From positions 31,186,001-31,250,000 of the forward strand of contig OX597816.1 in assembly GCA_951406725.2 (NCBI GenBank): a stretch of 64,000 bases of DNA, written 5' to 3'. Below the pieces are notes generated by a model that saw only the letters and a list, made by a program, of their open reading frames with translations, was not told where the DNA came from and searched no databases. The position numbers were made by a program, and so were the translations under genes. Origin of the DNA: Octopus vulgaris. Taxonomy: Eukaryota. Each line of letters begins with the position of its first letter. The stretch's first letter is position 1. Shown in pieces: positions 27,570 to 42,415 of the stretch.

Positions 27570-28434
27570 TAAAAGGGTGGGCTGAAAAGTCCATAGGCTG
27601 ACTAAATAATAATAATAATAATAATAATTGTGTACAGTGCTCAGGTGCACTACAACTCATCTAAAGTGTATATATAATCAAGTGTAGTTTTGGCGGATTT
27701 CGGAAAGCATGAGGGCCTTAAAGGATGCAGTGTCATGGCAGTCAACAACTGACGCAGGCAGTTTATTCCATGCTTCAGCAACTCTGAGCGTGAAAAAATG
27801 TTTCCGAAAGTCATGGGAGCTGTGTTGACTAGGAAGGGTTGATACTAGAACTATGAAATCTATGATGAGATAATTTCAACGTTTTTAAGTATTAACGGCA
27901 GTGTTTATTTCCAGGTAAAAAAGCATCTTATTCTTCAAAGAAGTTTCATGTGTAATTTGTAGCGACATCTTTTGAAAATGAATGCGATTTCGTACAGTAG
28001 ATTTACCATGTACCAGCAAGAAAATGAGTTTAACTCCTAAAAACATTGATGCTGACATGGTTACTACATTACGGGATGACGCACTTTCTGAATCAACATT
28101 GCGAAAGTGGACAGCTGAATTTAGGAAGAGAAGGGATAGTCTAGAGAATTAGCCAAACTCTGGATGTCCTGTGACACTCACCACTAAGTCAAACATTTAT
28201 CACATTTGCTGCAAGCTGATAGATGACAGGTTATTGACTATACATCAAATGGCCAATGCTATAAGCATATCCCGTGTGAGATTTGAGAATATCCTACGCA
28301 ATGAACTTGGCATGACGAAGGTTTATTCTCTGTGGGTACCTCGTATTCTGACACATGATCAAAAGCGCACCGGGTTAATCACATCACGGGAAGATTTAAC
28401 TTCATGCGAAGCCGATTTAGTCAGTTTCCGTTAA
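27570..28434 (+). mobile_element. mariner transposase 5' remnant
   Basis: TIR-like AGGGTGGGCTGAAAAGTCCATAGGCTGAC; peptide RKWTAEFRKRRDSLE...DDRLLTIHQMANAISIS...ELGMTKVYSLWVPRILT (WVPHEL-like motif). Confidence 0.88.
27605..27825 (-). mobile_element. 5'-truncated CR1-type LINE 3' fragment inserted at the inner edge of the mariner TIR
   Basis: Minus strand DFRKHFFTLRVAEAWNKLPASVVDCHDTASFK; (ATT)n tail; TSD TGACTA at 27599-27604 and 27826-27831. Confidence 0.88.
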
Positions 28435-28789
28435 CGTTACACTTACAAACAGGCGCATAATTGCAAAATATTTCTAAGGTAAAATGCCTCTTAGATGTGA
28501 ATGCAAACATAATAAACACACTTAAGATATTCTGGTTTTGGAGGTAAAAATACACCAAACTGTGCATAGTGGGAAGACACTCCGAAAATAACAATCCTTA
28601 ACGCCACGGAACTCTAAACTTTCCATTAGATTTTATGCTGGACAACATATACATAAAGAGAAAATGTTTTTTAAAGTACAGTAAATATTTCATAAACAAA
28701 CTAGGTATGAAATAATTTTCTTTCCATAGGTTTCTTACGAGTGCTTTCAATATATCTCACTTCAAAATATTTGGCTGCTATTTCGTTGT

Positions 28790-29456
28790 TGCACGGGTGG
28801 GGTGTGGGTTCGGCTGAGGGTTGGGTTATGTAGGTAGTTAGAGGGTGGGGGTTGAGGTGGGGGTTTGTTGGTAGGCAAAGGGTGGGGTATGTGGGAGAGG
28901 GTGTTGGGGATAGGATTTCAGAATGGGAACGATAGGGAAGGTGAATGTGTAGGGGTGGGTGGGCTTATGGGGCAGCGTTGACGATGAAGGGAGAAGGGGA
29001 AGGTGGGTATGTGAGGAGAGAGAGTAAGAGAGAAGAGAGAAGAGAGAAGAGAGAAGAGAGAAAGAGTGTAAAAGAGAAGAGAGAAAGCGAGAAGAGAGAA
29101 AGAGGGAAGAGAGAAAGAGAGTAATGGAGAGGAGAAGTAGGAGTGAAGAGAAGTAGGAGTTGGGGCAAGAGAGGAGAGTTGTGTGGGAGGAAGAAGAATG
29201 GAGGGGTAGAGGAGCAAGGAGAGGAGGTTAGATGAAGAGGGGAGGAGAGTTGAGCTCAAATGGTGTAAAGAAGCGAAGAGACAAGATTAATCCCTGTTCA
29301 AGTCGCAAACGGGACTCAGGATGGCCTCTGTGCGAGGACAATCTGAACACGGACAGGTGTTGCAAAGAGTGACCGGTAGAGCGGAAATGACATGAGACCG
29401 GGGTGTCATTGCCGAGGCAGATGTCTCGGAGGTGTTCCGCGAAGGGGTCAGCCAAT
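28790..29456 (-). mobile_element. Penelope-like element 3' remnant: GIY-YIG endonuclease C-terminus plus pyrimidine-rich trailer
   Basis: [36 protein letters not shown]...[15 protein letters not shown] matches the PLE endonuclease C-terminal pattern; abuts (TA)n. Confidence 0.8.
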
Positions 29457-29515
29457 GTATACATACATATACATAAATATATATGTATATATATATATGT
29501 ATATATATATATATA

Positions 29516-29580
<65 letters not shown>

Positions 29581-30943
29581 AATATATATGTATATATATG
29601 TATATATATATATCTATTATATGTATATATATATATTTATATATGTATATATGAATATACTAATGTGTATATTTGTATGTACTATGGTTGGAGAATTTTT
29701 TTAGCAGCATTGGGAAGTGGCGACATTCGAACTGAAAAGTGTGGCGTTACATGTTGGTAAACAATTAGCTGACTTCAATTCAAGCGCCTTATAGTAATTA
29801 TAGGATAGTGTGGTATGATGGTCAATCTTCTATATCCAACCGTCGCATACCTCATACCACCCGGGTTTAACAATTACCTAGCATCTGAATATAATCTTCA
29901 GGAGCAATTCTGAATTTAGAATGACAATTTTTTTTTTCGTCTTGGGTACAGTAAAACCTTCACGCCAGAGACTTAGATTTTCGTCTGTTAAGGGTTTAGC
30001 AACATATAGGACGTGGACGTTTCATAAAGTCGTTGTCTTTCTCATATAGCTAAAATGATTCTCAGTTCTTTCATTTTTATTAGCATTATCTCATGCCATG
30101 TGGTAACAATAGGATGTAAAAAACGACATAATTGGTATCAAGAGAACGATATAATAAACTGACAAATAGGTGTCCTCAAATACCTCTTGCATTTCTGTAC
30201 ACCAAGGGACAAACGCACTTACACACAAACATACATACGCACATATATTTACGCACTTAGACACACTTAGGCGCTTACACACAAACATACATACACACAC
30301 GTATATTTACGTATGCGTGCATACACAGACACGCACACACATATATCTTTACAGATTAATAGACAGATTAATAGCAACATTGCCTATGAGTCCGTGTAGG
30401 TGATGTATTTGTGTATTTAAATGCGTATACATTCTAGAATGTAGGCATATGCAAATAGAGACATTGAAAGAAGTATAATTGTTAAAAAGGAAATATTCTG
30501 TGTGCAATAAGCTTTTTTCATTTGATATATTCTGATGTCTAGTGTTATAATCTCTATATTATCTCATTTTATCAATTCAGTACAGTGTAATATTTTCACT
30601 CCGTTTCACAAATCATAAGTTTCGCTTCATATTCATACGTTTAACTCTATGTTGAAAAGAATAAATGGCTTGTGCGTAATATAAAACGCAATAAAAAAAT
30701 CAGAAACATCTTTATTTCTTCTGTGAAAAAACGCTATAATGATACTAAAATATGTGTTCAAAGAAATAGTTAAAATTAGAATATTTATAAAATATTAATT
30801 ACTGAATTTAAGCAATGATAAAGGGAACGGCGCTGGAATTATTTAACTTCAGAACGTAAAACATATCCTAATGTTGATTGATTCTCAGGGTTTATATAAA
30901 GTATAAACTTACAAATTCTATGTAAGTTATAAACTTACAAATT

Positions 30944-31019
<76 letters not shown>

Positions 31020-31439
31020 GTATGTATGTATCTATGTATGTATCTATGTACGTATCTATGTATATATGTATGTATGTTTGTACGGATACATACATACCTA
31101 CACACATATATATAGATATACATATGTATATAGGTATGTGTGTATGTATGCATATATGTGTGTGTGTGATGTACATCTACAGAAATAGGGAGACATAGGT
31201 ACACGTACACAGCAGTAATATCAAAAGGTAATATTTATCTTCTACGTAGTGTGAGCGTTGTGTTATTACACAGAATACAGCGTTATTCAACATGAGAGTT
31301 GCTCGAAGCTGGAGGTTATGGCCCAACAACGATATGAACACGAGTGCATTTAGGCACCAAACATTTTTATGAGAGAGAATACTGAATATATATGTAAACA
31401 TACATGCATACACTCACACACAAACACATATATATATAT

Positions 31440-31655
31440 TCTTTTATTCTTTTATTCTTTTAGTTATTTCAGTCATTTGATTGCGGACATGCTGGAGCAC
31501 TGCCTTTAGTCGAATAATTCAACCACATGACTTTTTCTTTGTAATTAGACTATCAGTATCTTTTGTCGAACCGCTACGTTACGGAGACGTAAACACACTG
31601 ACATCGGTTGTCATGTGATGGTGGGTGACGATGAAAACACAGACACACAAATACA
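31440..31655 (-). mobile_element. SINE type A 3' part (duplicated at ~33243-33460)
   Basis: Reverse complement of the type A tail (TTTCAGTCATTTGATTGCGGACATGCTGGAGCAC). Confidence 0.8.
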
Positions 31656-31663
31656 TACATATA

Positions 31664-31887
31664 CAGGGTCCCCAAATGTTGGTTTACATTTATCACGAAG
31701 TCACTTTAAATTCTTTCAAAATATTTTATCACATTTAAATTCATGACATTTAAATCTTACAATTAACTAAATTAACATAGAGTAATGGTTAAGTATTTAT
31801 TTTTTATAATTAAGATCTAAACTGTTAATATATGAATGCGAAAGTAATCATTGAATAACTGTAAACCTACTTTTGTGGCCACCATGT
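31664..31887. mobile_element. Tc1/mariner-type MITE (duplicated at ~33467-33691)
   Basis: Imperfect TIRs CAGGGTCCCCAAATGTTGGTTTACA / TGTAAACCTACTTTTGTGGCCACCATG flanked by TA; related TIR at ~32781 and ~34591. Confidence 0.7.
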
Positions 31888-32039
31888 ATGTGTACATGTA
31901 TATATATGTGTATATATGTGTATGTATATATAAATTAAATTAGAGATAAAATCACTATTAGGCAACTCAAACAGTGATAGACACAAACCAAGACATAAGA
32001 AACAAAAAAAATAAATATAATTAATATAATATACAATAT

Positions 32040-32106
<67 letters not shown>

Positions 32107-32109
<3 letters not shown>

Positions 32110-32445
32110 CACAGTTGTTGCTGTGTGGTAAGGAGCTTGCTTACCTACCACATGGTTCCGGGTTCAGTCCCACCGCGCAGCACCTTGGGCAGTTGTCTTC
32201 TACTGTAGCCTAAGGTCGATCAAAGCCTTGTGAGTGGATTTGGTAGACGGAACTTTGTGTGTGTGTGTGTGTGTGCGTATGTGTGTGTTCATGTTTGTTT
32301 GTCTGTGTTTGCCCCACCATCGCTTAACAACCGATGCTTGTATGTTTACGTCCTCGTCAATTAGCAGTTCGGAAAAAGAAATGATTGAATAAGTACTAGC
32401 CTTACAAAGAATAATTCCTGGGGTCGATTTGTTCGACTATAGGCA
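32107..32445 (+). mobile_element. SINE type A (duplicated at ~33920-34248); headless fragments at ~32653-32750 and ~34456-34558
   Basis: Homology to 15104-15530. Confidence 0.85.
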
Positions 32446-32745
32446 TATAATTCATAAAAGTGAGTTTATATTGACCCTAATAGCTAAATTGCCGAAAGTG
32501 TGTCTTGGTTGTGTCATAGCATCAGCTGTTCCTCCACAATGTTCTTGTCAATAGAAATCATAGGTAGGATAGCTAGCTGTAGGTTGGCAGCCAGGGTGGA
32601 ATTTTAACTGTGGGTGTTCGTTGACTCGAAGAAACTTGAGAATCTGGGCGGCCACTGCGTGGCACCTTAGGCAAGTGTCTTCTAGTTTATCAGGCCGACC
32701 AAAGCCTTGTGAGCAAATTTCGTAGACAGAGCCTGAAAAAAATAT

Positions 32746-32783
<38 letters not shown>

Positions 32784-33860
32784 TTGGCCCCAAATAGATT
32801 TACAGTTGTTCAAGACTATGAACGAGTAGTACTAAGTGTTGGGATCTCTGCACTGATATTTAACATGTATGTATGTTTGTACGGATACATACATACCTAC
32901 ACACATATATATATATATATATACATATGTATATAGGTATGTGTGTATGTATGCATATATGTGTGTGTGTGATGTACATCTACAGAAATAGGGAGACATA
33001 GGTACACGTACACAGCAGTAATATCAAAAGGTAATATTTATCTTCTACGTAGTGTGAGCGTTGTGTTATTACACAGAATACAGCGTTATTCAACATGAGA
33101 GTTGCTCGAAGCTGGAGGTTATGGCCCGACAACGATATGAACACGAGTGCATTTAGGCACCAAACATTTTTATGAGAGAGAATACTGAATATATATGTAA
33201 ACATACATGCATACACTCACACACAAACACATATATATATATTCTTTTATTCTTTTATTCTTTTAGTTTTTTCAGTCATTTAATTGCGGACATGCTGGAG
33301 CACTGCCTTTAGTCGAATAATTCAACCACATGACTTTTTCTTTGTAATTAGACTATCAGTATCTTTTGTCGAACCGCTACGTTACGGAGACGTAAACACA
33401 CTGACATCGGTTGTCATGTGATGGTGGGTGACGATGAAAACACAGACACACAAATACATACATATACAGGGTCACCCAAATGTTGGTTTACATTTATCAC
33501 GAAGTCACTTTAAATTCTTTCAAAATATTTTATCACATTTAAATTCATGACATTTAAATCTTACAATTTAACTAAATTAACATAGAGTAATGGTTAAGTA
33601 TTTATTTTTTATAATTAAGATCTAAACTGTTAATATATGAATGCGAAAGTAATCATTGAATAACTGTAAACCTACTTTTGTTGCCAGCATGTATGTGTAC
33701 ATGTATATATATTTGTATATATGTGTATGTATATATAAATTAAATTAGAGATAAAATCACTATTAGGCAACTCAAACAGTGATAGACACAAACCAAGACA
33801 TAAGAAACAAAAAAAATAAATATAATTAATATAATATACAATATATATATATATATAATA

Positions 33861-33922
<62 letters not shown>

Positions 33923-34554
33923 CACAGTTGTTGCTGTGTGGTAAGGAGCTTGCTTACCTTCCACATGGTTCCGGGTTCAGTCCCACCGCGCAGCACCTTG
34001 GGCAGTTGTCTTCTACTGTAGCCTAAGGTCGATCAAAGCCTTGTGAGTGGATTTGGTAGACGGAACTTTGTGTGTGTGCGTATGTGTGTGTTCATGTTTG
34101 TTTGTCTGTGTTTGCCCCACCATCGCTTAACAACCGATGCTTGTATGTTTACGTCCTCGTCAATTAGCAGTTCGGAAAAAGAAATGATTGAATAAGTATT
34201 AGCCTTACAAAGAATAATTCCTGGGGTCGATTTGTTCGACTAAAGGCATATAATTCATAAAAGTGAGTTTATATTGACCCTAATAGCTAAATTGCCGAAA
34301 GTGTGTCTTGGTTGTGTCATAGCATCAGCTGTTCCTCCACAATGTTCTTGTCAATAGAAATCATAGGTAGGATAGCTAGCTGTAGGTTGGCAGCCAGGGT
34401 GGTGAATTTTAATGTGGGTGTTCGTTGACTCGAAGAAACTTGAGAATCTGGGCGGCCACTGCGTGGCACCTTAGGCAAGTGTCTTCTAGTTTATCCTCAG
34501 GCCGACCAAAGCCTTGTGAGCAAATTTCGTAGACAGAGCCTGAAAAAAAACCGT

Positions 34555-34593
<39 letters not shown>

Positions 34594-37104
34594 GTTGGCC
34601 CCAAAGTAGATTTACAGTTGTTCAAGACTATGAACGAGTAGTACTAAGTGTTGGGATCTCTGCACTGATATTTAACAAATTAACAAAGAAATGTGAAAAG
34701 GGGAATCTCTCTAGCAACTGCTTCCTGGGGGGATTGGACCACAATTACCATACATAAGGCCATCAACAAGGAAGGTCTCGCCCTAGTAATGTCCCATACG
34801 GGTCCACTCTTGCATAGCCAACTGTTAACGAAAATATCTCACATACAAGAACAAGCCACCACACTAATGAGCAGTCCTATCCGTGACACAAGCGCTGCGG
34901 ACAGGCATGGTTTACAAAGTACGGTATTGAAATACTCATACGTCATCGGTAGCATGGTTCAACTGTTCTGCGGCTACAAAAGGTATTATGTTTCATTCGA
35001 TAACTATCGAGGTGAAATTAATGTTAGTTTCCCGTTAGGATTTTGAAACTGAGAAGAACTGTTGTGCAAAATCTCTCATGTACCTTGCGGATTTTCGTAT
35101 CAACCATATTCTAAAGGAGAAACTATGATTGTTTTTATCTTGCATTTAACTTGACTTCCGTATACGCTACATATATGTTAATACTTGTGATCTTGTTCGT
35201 ATTAATTGCTTTTTCCGTATTAGGATTAGGGTTAGGGTTATGATATTATTTGTTTTTGCTCTGATATCATGAACATATTTCTATTTTTAGAATATCCAGC
35301 TTCTTTCGATATTGTATGTTTGTCTGAAACAATGATCAACCTGTCCCAATACGGTGTTCCATTCATGGTTAATGTTCTTAGACCGTTTTATAACAATTTA
35401 ACTGTTTGATCAGTGAATATATATTTGTGGATTCCTTCTAGTTCTAGTTTTGTTCTTGATTTTTATTTAGACCTACTTCTCATTTGACATAGTTGATTAC
35501 ACTAAATTTACATATGGGAGAAGGTTAAATGTGTCCTACTTACTAGTAAAGGAACAACTGCGTTGAGGAGCGATTTCTATGTTGTTAAAATATACATTGA
35601 GCTACATCTGCTACACTTGAATTTTCAAAAAATGTAGATCATATGGAAAATCCTAAACAAATGCTAACTGTACATGCAGTGTAGCAAAACAACAGAATTT
35701 TCTGAAGATCTTACTGGTCTGCATCGTAAGTTTCAGTGCTAAAACTGAAGCTTTTGAGATCTACCCATTAGCTTTCTTGTATATCCTCAGATTTTGCACA
35801 ACACAAAAACAAGAAGGCGAATGACATTAAATATTATACTATATATTAGTTACTACCAATTTTATTAAAATTTTTAGACAGTTATTAATTCTAAAAATGT
35901 GATTAATCTTATCAATTTATATGGAATTAAGTTAAAATATATTTCCATATGCGAGTGTGTGTGCTTATGCATATCTACGTGTCTGCTCATATGTGTGTGT
36001 GTACTTGAAATTACGTGTTCAAATATGAAATTTACATTTATATTTTTCAGTAATTTTATATTCATAATTATTCATATAATTTATTCATTGTTACTAGTGT
36101 GTTTCAAAGACACACACCCCCACACCCACCCATAAATTTGTCGAAACACTTTTTAGTATTACTAGAAAAATCCATTTTCGTTATGTGTATATATGTACCT
36201 ATGAGTATGGCCATATGTGAGTAGATATGTACTTATGTATCTGCTCTTCCATTTGTATGTGTATATATATGAATACACACACAGAGACACAGTCACTCGC
36301 TCCTACGCAAATATACATTAATATATAAAAGAAGTTTGACATGAGAAGGTGGAATGAACATGTTTATTCCAGAATCGCTACAATTGTTTCTGCACATCGG
36401 TATTACTGGTATTAGATGAAAGTTACTCATACTATACGCATTAATTATATCCAGCAATTGCTGTGCACCTGCACACACGCAGGTGAAAAAGGTGGAGAAC
36501 ACTGCTGGATCAAGTTTAATTTCCCTTTCTTTCATTCCGTTACTCATTCTATTGTCAAAAAGTAACACGGAAATTCAAAGCGATACAAATGAGAAATAAC
36601 ACCATTGTTTAATTTTATGCAATTTCATAATATTATTCAATACTACAAATGAGAAACCTTGCCATAGCGCAATATTATGCTATGATAACATTCTTAAAAA
36701 GCACTCTGAAATGGTTCCAGCATGTTTCTCCATCATCTTACCCTAGAATTAAAAGCTCATTTCTTGCATTTCAAAAAAAAAAAAGACTTTTAACGTATAA
36801 TATATTATATCAATATTTATTTACTAAAAAATATATTAATGTATTTTGTTTGTCCTCACTAGCATGGTTATACTGCAGTTTAATTAAATATTTAATTTCA
36901 CTTCTTTCATGCTCACCAATCTTTATGTATTATTTATTTTTCCAATTACTTCACAATCATTTTTCCATTGACGTTCATTTCATTTCTATATACTTTATTT
37001 ATATTAAACATTCTCTACCTCTTCCTGTATCTCCCTCTTTCTATGAATATATATATATACATACATATATACATACACACATACACATACATATATATAT
37101 AGTT

Positions 37105-37352
37105 AAAACCAAGGTAACATGACTGTCCAGAAATATCGGAAGAAAACTGCCGCTGATTAGCTCCAAGAGGACATCGCCTCTGGCTAGCTATGTGACACAC
37201 GAACCTGTATCCATTATAATCTTCGAGCAGGGGAAGTCAACCGCTTCCCGTTGCTGGTCAGGCATCTGCAGACTAGTTTAAGGGTATTTTCCCCTTATCA
37301 ATACGGCCGAACCCAGCAGGCGTCACTACTAACCATCTGTTCGAAGTCTCTC

Positions 37353-37355
<3 letters not shown>
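37105..37355 (-). mobile_element. short Penelope-pLTR-like insert between (TA)n tracts, with a decayed hammerhead at 37267-37305
   Basis: Minus strand GTA-TTGATAA-GGGG-AAAATA-CCCT-TAAAC-TA-GTC-TGC; palindromic ACTAGT; three core substitutions. Confidence 0.45.
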
Positions 37356-37426
<71 letters not shown>

Positions 37427-38127
37427 CTAAACGTATATATGTATATATATGTATATATATTTAAATGTATATATGTATATATGTATATATATATGTATAT
37501 ATATATGTATATATGTTATCTTACCGTTTTACCAGTATATATATACATATATTTATATAGTTTTCTTCTCGTTCCACCACATGAATACTTCTTGCACCTT
37601 GAGAGTTGAAATGATTTTTGAGTCCAGAAAAGCGTTTGAAAACAAGTTCACATATACTGTATCAATGATGCATTTCAATATTGCCTACATATCCGCTTTT
37701 TTTATTTTGAATCTGTAAGTGCAGGTTTATTCACATGCATTGCATTGAAACAGTTCAACCGGAAAGAAATTCCGCTAGGTATGCACTATTTACCCGCCTC
37801 GGATCGTTGGTACATTGGTACCAGCGGGAGATATGCATATGTATGCGCATAATAAAATTAAAAATAAGAATAAGAACCTCTCGGGATGCTATTAACATTA
37901 ATATTATTTTTACTAAATTTCCCTTACGTGTTAATGTGCTTCACTTCGTGAAGCTCAAAATTTTTCCTATATATAAAACACAATGCACACAAATATACAC
38001 ACACAAACACGAACACACACATACACATGCAGTCACGCGCGCACGCACGCACATATGCATCCATATATGCGTATATATAAATATATATGTATCTGTAAAA
38101 TAATATGTGGCAATTAATCGGTTGCCA

Positions 38128-38190
38128 TAACAAAACTCCGAGTTTCGGATGTCGAGGCGGTAACCAGCTCCGGCATTTCGTGAGTCATTA
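38128..38190 (-). ncRNA. decayed hammerhead-like motif (left-arm counterpart of 40160-40222)
   Basis: Minus strand TAATGA-CTCACGA-AATG...CATCC-GAAAC-TCGGA-GTT-TTGTTA. Confidence 0.5.
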
Positions 38191-38365
38191 AGACATGAGA
38201 AAAACGCTGGGAAAATGACCGTTAAACAAAGGGAAATTACTATGAAGTTGACCGTTATTAAGACAAACAAAAGAGCTATTAGAATGAAGGTTAAGTAAAA
38301 GAAAAAAAACGGAAAAGGGGGACAGTAAAACCTGTTCATAGGATTCACGTTATGCGCGCATGTAC

Positions 38366-38579
38366 ATTTACTCTTTTACTCTGTTACTTGTTTCAGTCAT
38401 TTCACTGCGACCATGCTGGAGCACCGCCTTTACTCAATCAAATTGACCACAGGACTTATTCTTTGTAAGCCCAGTACTTATTCTATCGGTCTGTTTTGCC
38501 GAACCGCTAAGTTACGGAGGCATAAACACACCAGCATCGGTTGTCAAGCGATGTTGGGGGGACAAACCTGGACATACAA

Positions 38580-38677
<98 letters not shown>

Positions 38678-38832
38678 ACGATAGGCTCCTTTCAGTTTCC
38701 ATCTACCAAATCCATTCACAAGGCTTTGGTCGGCTCGGGACTACAGTAGAAGACACTTGCCCCAGGTGCCACCAAGTGGGACTGAACCCGGAACCATGTG
38801 GTTGGTAAGCAAGCTATTTACCACACAGCCAC
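38366..38832 (-). mobile_element. full-length SINE type A
   Basis: Reverse complement of 15104-15530 including head, internal microsatellite and (GAGTAAAA)-like tail. Confidence 0.9.
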
Positions 38833-39095
38833 AATTATATTCATATACACGTCTAAAGATACGCATATGCATACATGCACACCCTTACGCACACACCTCT
38901 GTGTATACATATATATGCCACCATACACATGTACACATATACGCACCCGCACACACGCACACAAACGCCCGTATATATACCCATGCGTACACAATTATGT
39001 TCATATACACGTCTATATACGCACATGCTCAAAAAGCAGGGTAGAAGTTAATAAACAGAAAAGCATGTAAAAATATATAACGTGATAACTATATG

Positions 39096-39202
<107 letters not shown>

Positions 39203-40159
39203 CATATGTAAAAATATATAAAGGAATAAAAATATTAAAAAAATGTATATATAAATATGTAAAAAATAAACGGCAGTGGAAAGTGCAGTTTTGTGATATA
39301 AAAAGATAGCTCGTCTGGAAAAACAGCTTAGACACTGCTACACGTCTGAATTCAAGCAATGAACTTTTGGGGTCATGTTCATATATCGCTAAAGATAGAA
39401 CCTCCTTTTTATATTGTGTCCACCTACAAGCATTTTATCTCTCTATTTTTGTTTATATATTTTTACATATTTTTACATACATTTTTATATATCTTTATTG
39501 CTTTATATATTTTTACATATTTTTTCTATATATCTCCTTCCAGGCTGCTTTTTGTGCATGTGCGTATATAGACGTGTGTATGAACATATTTGTCCGTGTT
39601 TGGGTATATATGCGTGCGTGTGTGAAGATGCTTATAGGTGGACTTGTGTATGATGGCATATATATGTATACATATATGTGTGTGTGAGGGTGTACATGTA
39701 TGTATTTCATGCGAGTGTGAGTGAGCATATGCATATATAGCATATGCGTATCTTTAGACATGTATATGAATATAATTGTGCGCGTATGGGCTTATATAAG
39801 TGTGTGTGTGTGCGTGTCTGTGTATATGTATACGCGTATATGTATATAGTTGCATATATATGTATACATATAGGAGTGTGTGTTGTGGGGTGTCCATGTA
39901 TGTGACTCACGCGAGTGTGATTGAGCATCATATATATGCACATGTATGTGGGTGTGCGTGCACGCCTGTGTATGTATGTATATATGTATGTATGCACATG
40001 CTCGCAAACGCGAATCCTATGAGCAGTTTTTACTTTGACCCCTCTCCAGGTTTTTCCCTTTACTTAACGGTCATTTTAATAGCTCTTTTCTTTGTCTTAA
40101 TAACGATCAACTTCATAGTAATTTCCACTTGTTTAACGGTCATGTTCTTAGCATTGTCT

Positions 40160-40222
40160 TAATAACTGACGAGGTGCTGTAGCAGATTTCAGCCCCGACA
40201 TCCGAAACTCGGAGTTTTATTA
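40160..40222 (+). ncRNA. minimal type I hammerhead-like motif with canonical core
   Basis: TAATAA-CTGACGA-GGTG...CATCC-GAAAC-TCGGA-GTT-TTATTA; perfect 6-bp stem I; GUU triplet. Confidence 0.68.
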
Positions 40223-40313
40223 TGGCAACCGAATAATTGTCACATTATATTACAGATAAATTCCACTATTTACATAATATCGAGGTCTCATTCATTCTTT
40301 TTTTCTCATACTA

Positions 40314-40434
<121 letters not shown>

Positions 40435-40753
40435 ATGGATGTATATATATATATTATGTAACTATATATATTCCTGTGAATTATGCAGTCCAATTCTCTC
40501 GTTCTTCAGGCGTCATTTGTTCAGCTTCGAGAATAAATTTTCACACAAGCAAGGAATTCGTTGTCTACGCAAATATGTTTTCTATGTGATGTGATACTAC
40601 TTATAATTGTAGAATATCTCAGTTGGAAAATACTATCAATTCCGAACTCAACATATCTTTTCCAATATTCTTACAGATTATCCAGGTGCGATAACGAAAA
40701 GTGCCAGATGGCCGCTATATTTGTATATTATCATATATACATGTATGTGTATG

Positions 40754-40785
<32 letters not shown>

Positions 40786-40827
40786 TGTATGTATGTATGT
40801 ATGTATGTATGTATGTATGTATGTATG

Positions 40828-40862
<35 letters not shown>

Positions 40863-42415
40863 ATATGTATATCACAAATGTGTACGTACATAAGTATGTG
40901 TGTGTTTTTGTGTCAGTGTGTGTGTGCGCGCTTGCATGCGTGTATGTATATTCACAATGCCGCAAACGGATGCTATTTTTCCTTGTTTTAGTTTTCATTT
41001 CACAATTTGCTCATTCTTCATGCGGATCTCGCTTCTTTCTCGAAATCAGTTGTTCATTTTTAATATTTTATTGAAATGGTGAGACTTCCGTGGAGTAATG
41101 ACTTACAGAATAGCTGATTAGCTACGGCACCATCCTTGATTACCGATTGCATATCGCAAAATTTTGTACACGTGGTTTACTGGAAAACTCCAACTATTCT
41201 GTGCGCGTTTCATATTTGTGTAATATAGTAAATATATTGCTCACTCTCAATGATATTAAGGTATACATTTTTAATCGTTACACTCATTTACACAAAAACA
41301 AGCACACGTATACACACGCGCATACAAGCACATAATACACGGAGATACATTTATGCTTGCACTCGTGCATACAATAATGTAAGAAATGTAAGTATATATA
41401 AATATGCAAATCTTAATTTAGATAGAACTTGACTAGAATAGATATATATATTTTTAAGAAAAAATTCTCGGTCGACAATTACTTCCATCTTTTAATGTTC
41501 ATACCAGTGAGGCAAATAAGGGAGCTGCATTATGTTTTTTAAATTAAAGGACGCCAAATGAATAGGGTGCTAAATGAAACAGCAGACAATCATTTGAAAT
41601 AGAACTATTGAAATTAGAATTCAGTGGTAGTAGATGTATGCTTTCATGGGTATGCATAAACTGTAATTTTTTAAAGATTGTACAAGGGTATCTGTGAATA
41701 TAGCGTAATGAAATACTTTTAGAGTTAATTTGATATTCACAATTGGTATCAGGGCTGCTTCAGGGTAGAAATGCTACTTCTTAAAAAATATCATTGTTAT
41801 ACTGTAATTAATTTTTCTTCAAGTTTTCTTTTTCTTACCCTGAACTTCTGCCTTGTCTCTCCTTTTTCTTTTCTTTATTCATTTATTTCTAAAAAAAAAA
41901 AAATCTTCCATTTTCTTTTTCTCCCGTACATTTGTAAGCTTCAGATACGTACACACATCTCTTTCACGTTTCATTCACCTCTTCAACGAGCCTCATCAAT
42001 TTCCTCCTCTCGCTGGTTACAACAGACCTTGCTTGTACACCACTATTGTAATTATTCTACCTTCATTTATTATCATATTCTTCATTCATGTGATTTATTT
42101 CCCTTTAAACCGCCCTTCTAAAATACCTTCAGTCTGTGTAATAAACCCCTCCTAACCATCCATACAATTCTTAAACATCCTTCATGAATCTCTGGGCTGT
42201 TTTAAAGTTACTCTCGCACTCGATCTCATTTCCACCAATCACCCAACTCCTTCAAATTATATTTACACACACATCATACATTTAGATACTGAACAACTAA
42301 TATATCATATTTCTGCTTACCCATGACAATATACGTCCGCAATTTCAAACCTTTCAACACCTGCACGCATATTCAAAACCTTAAGAATGAGAACCCAGGT
42401 TCGAAATTTCCACAA

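Larger units (their letters stand above)
31067..34677. repeat. ~1.8-kb direct tandem duplication (31067-32865 and 32866-34677)
   Basis: Unique text and the SINE/MITE order repeat almost identically; both units end ...CTCTGCACTGATATTTAACA. Confidence 0.95.

Noticed and set aside
28450-28500. Possible decayed hammerhead downstream of the GIY-YIG remnant; similar weak cases at ~18010-18055 and ~18350-18410
   Set aside because: Too many core deviations
34693-35046. 117-aa ORF
   Set aside because: GTG start, no recognisable domain or convincing splice signals
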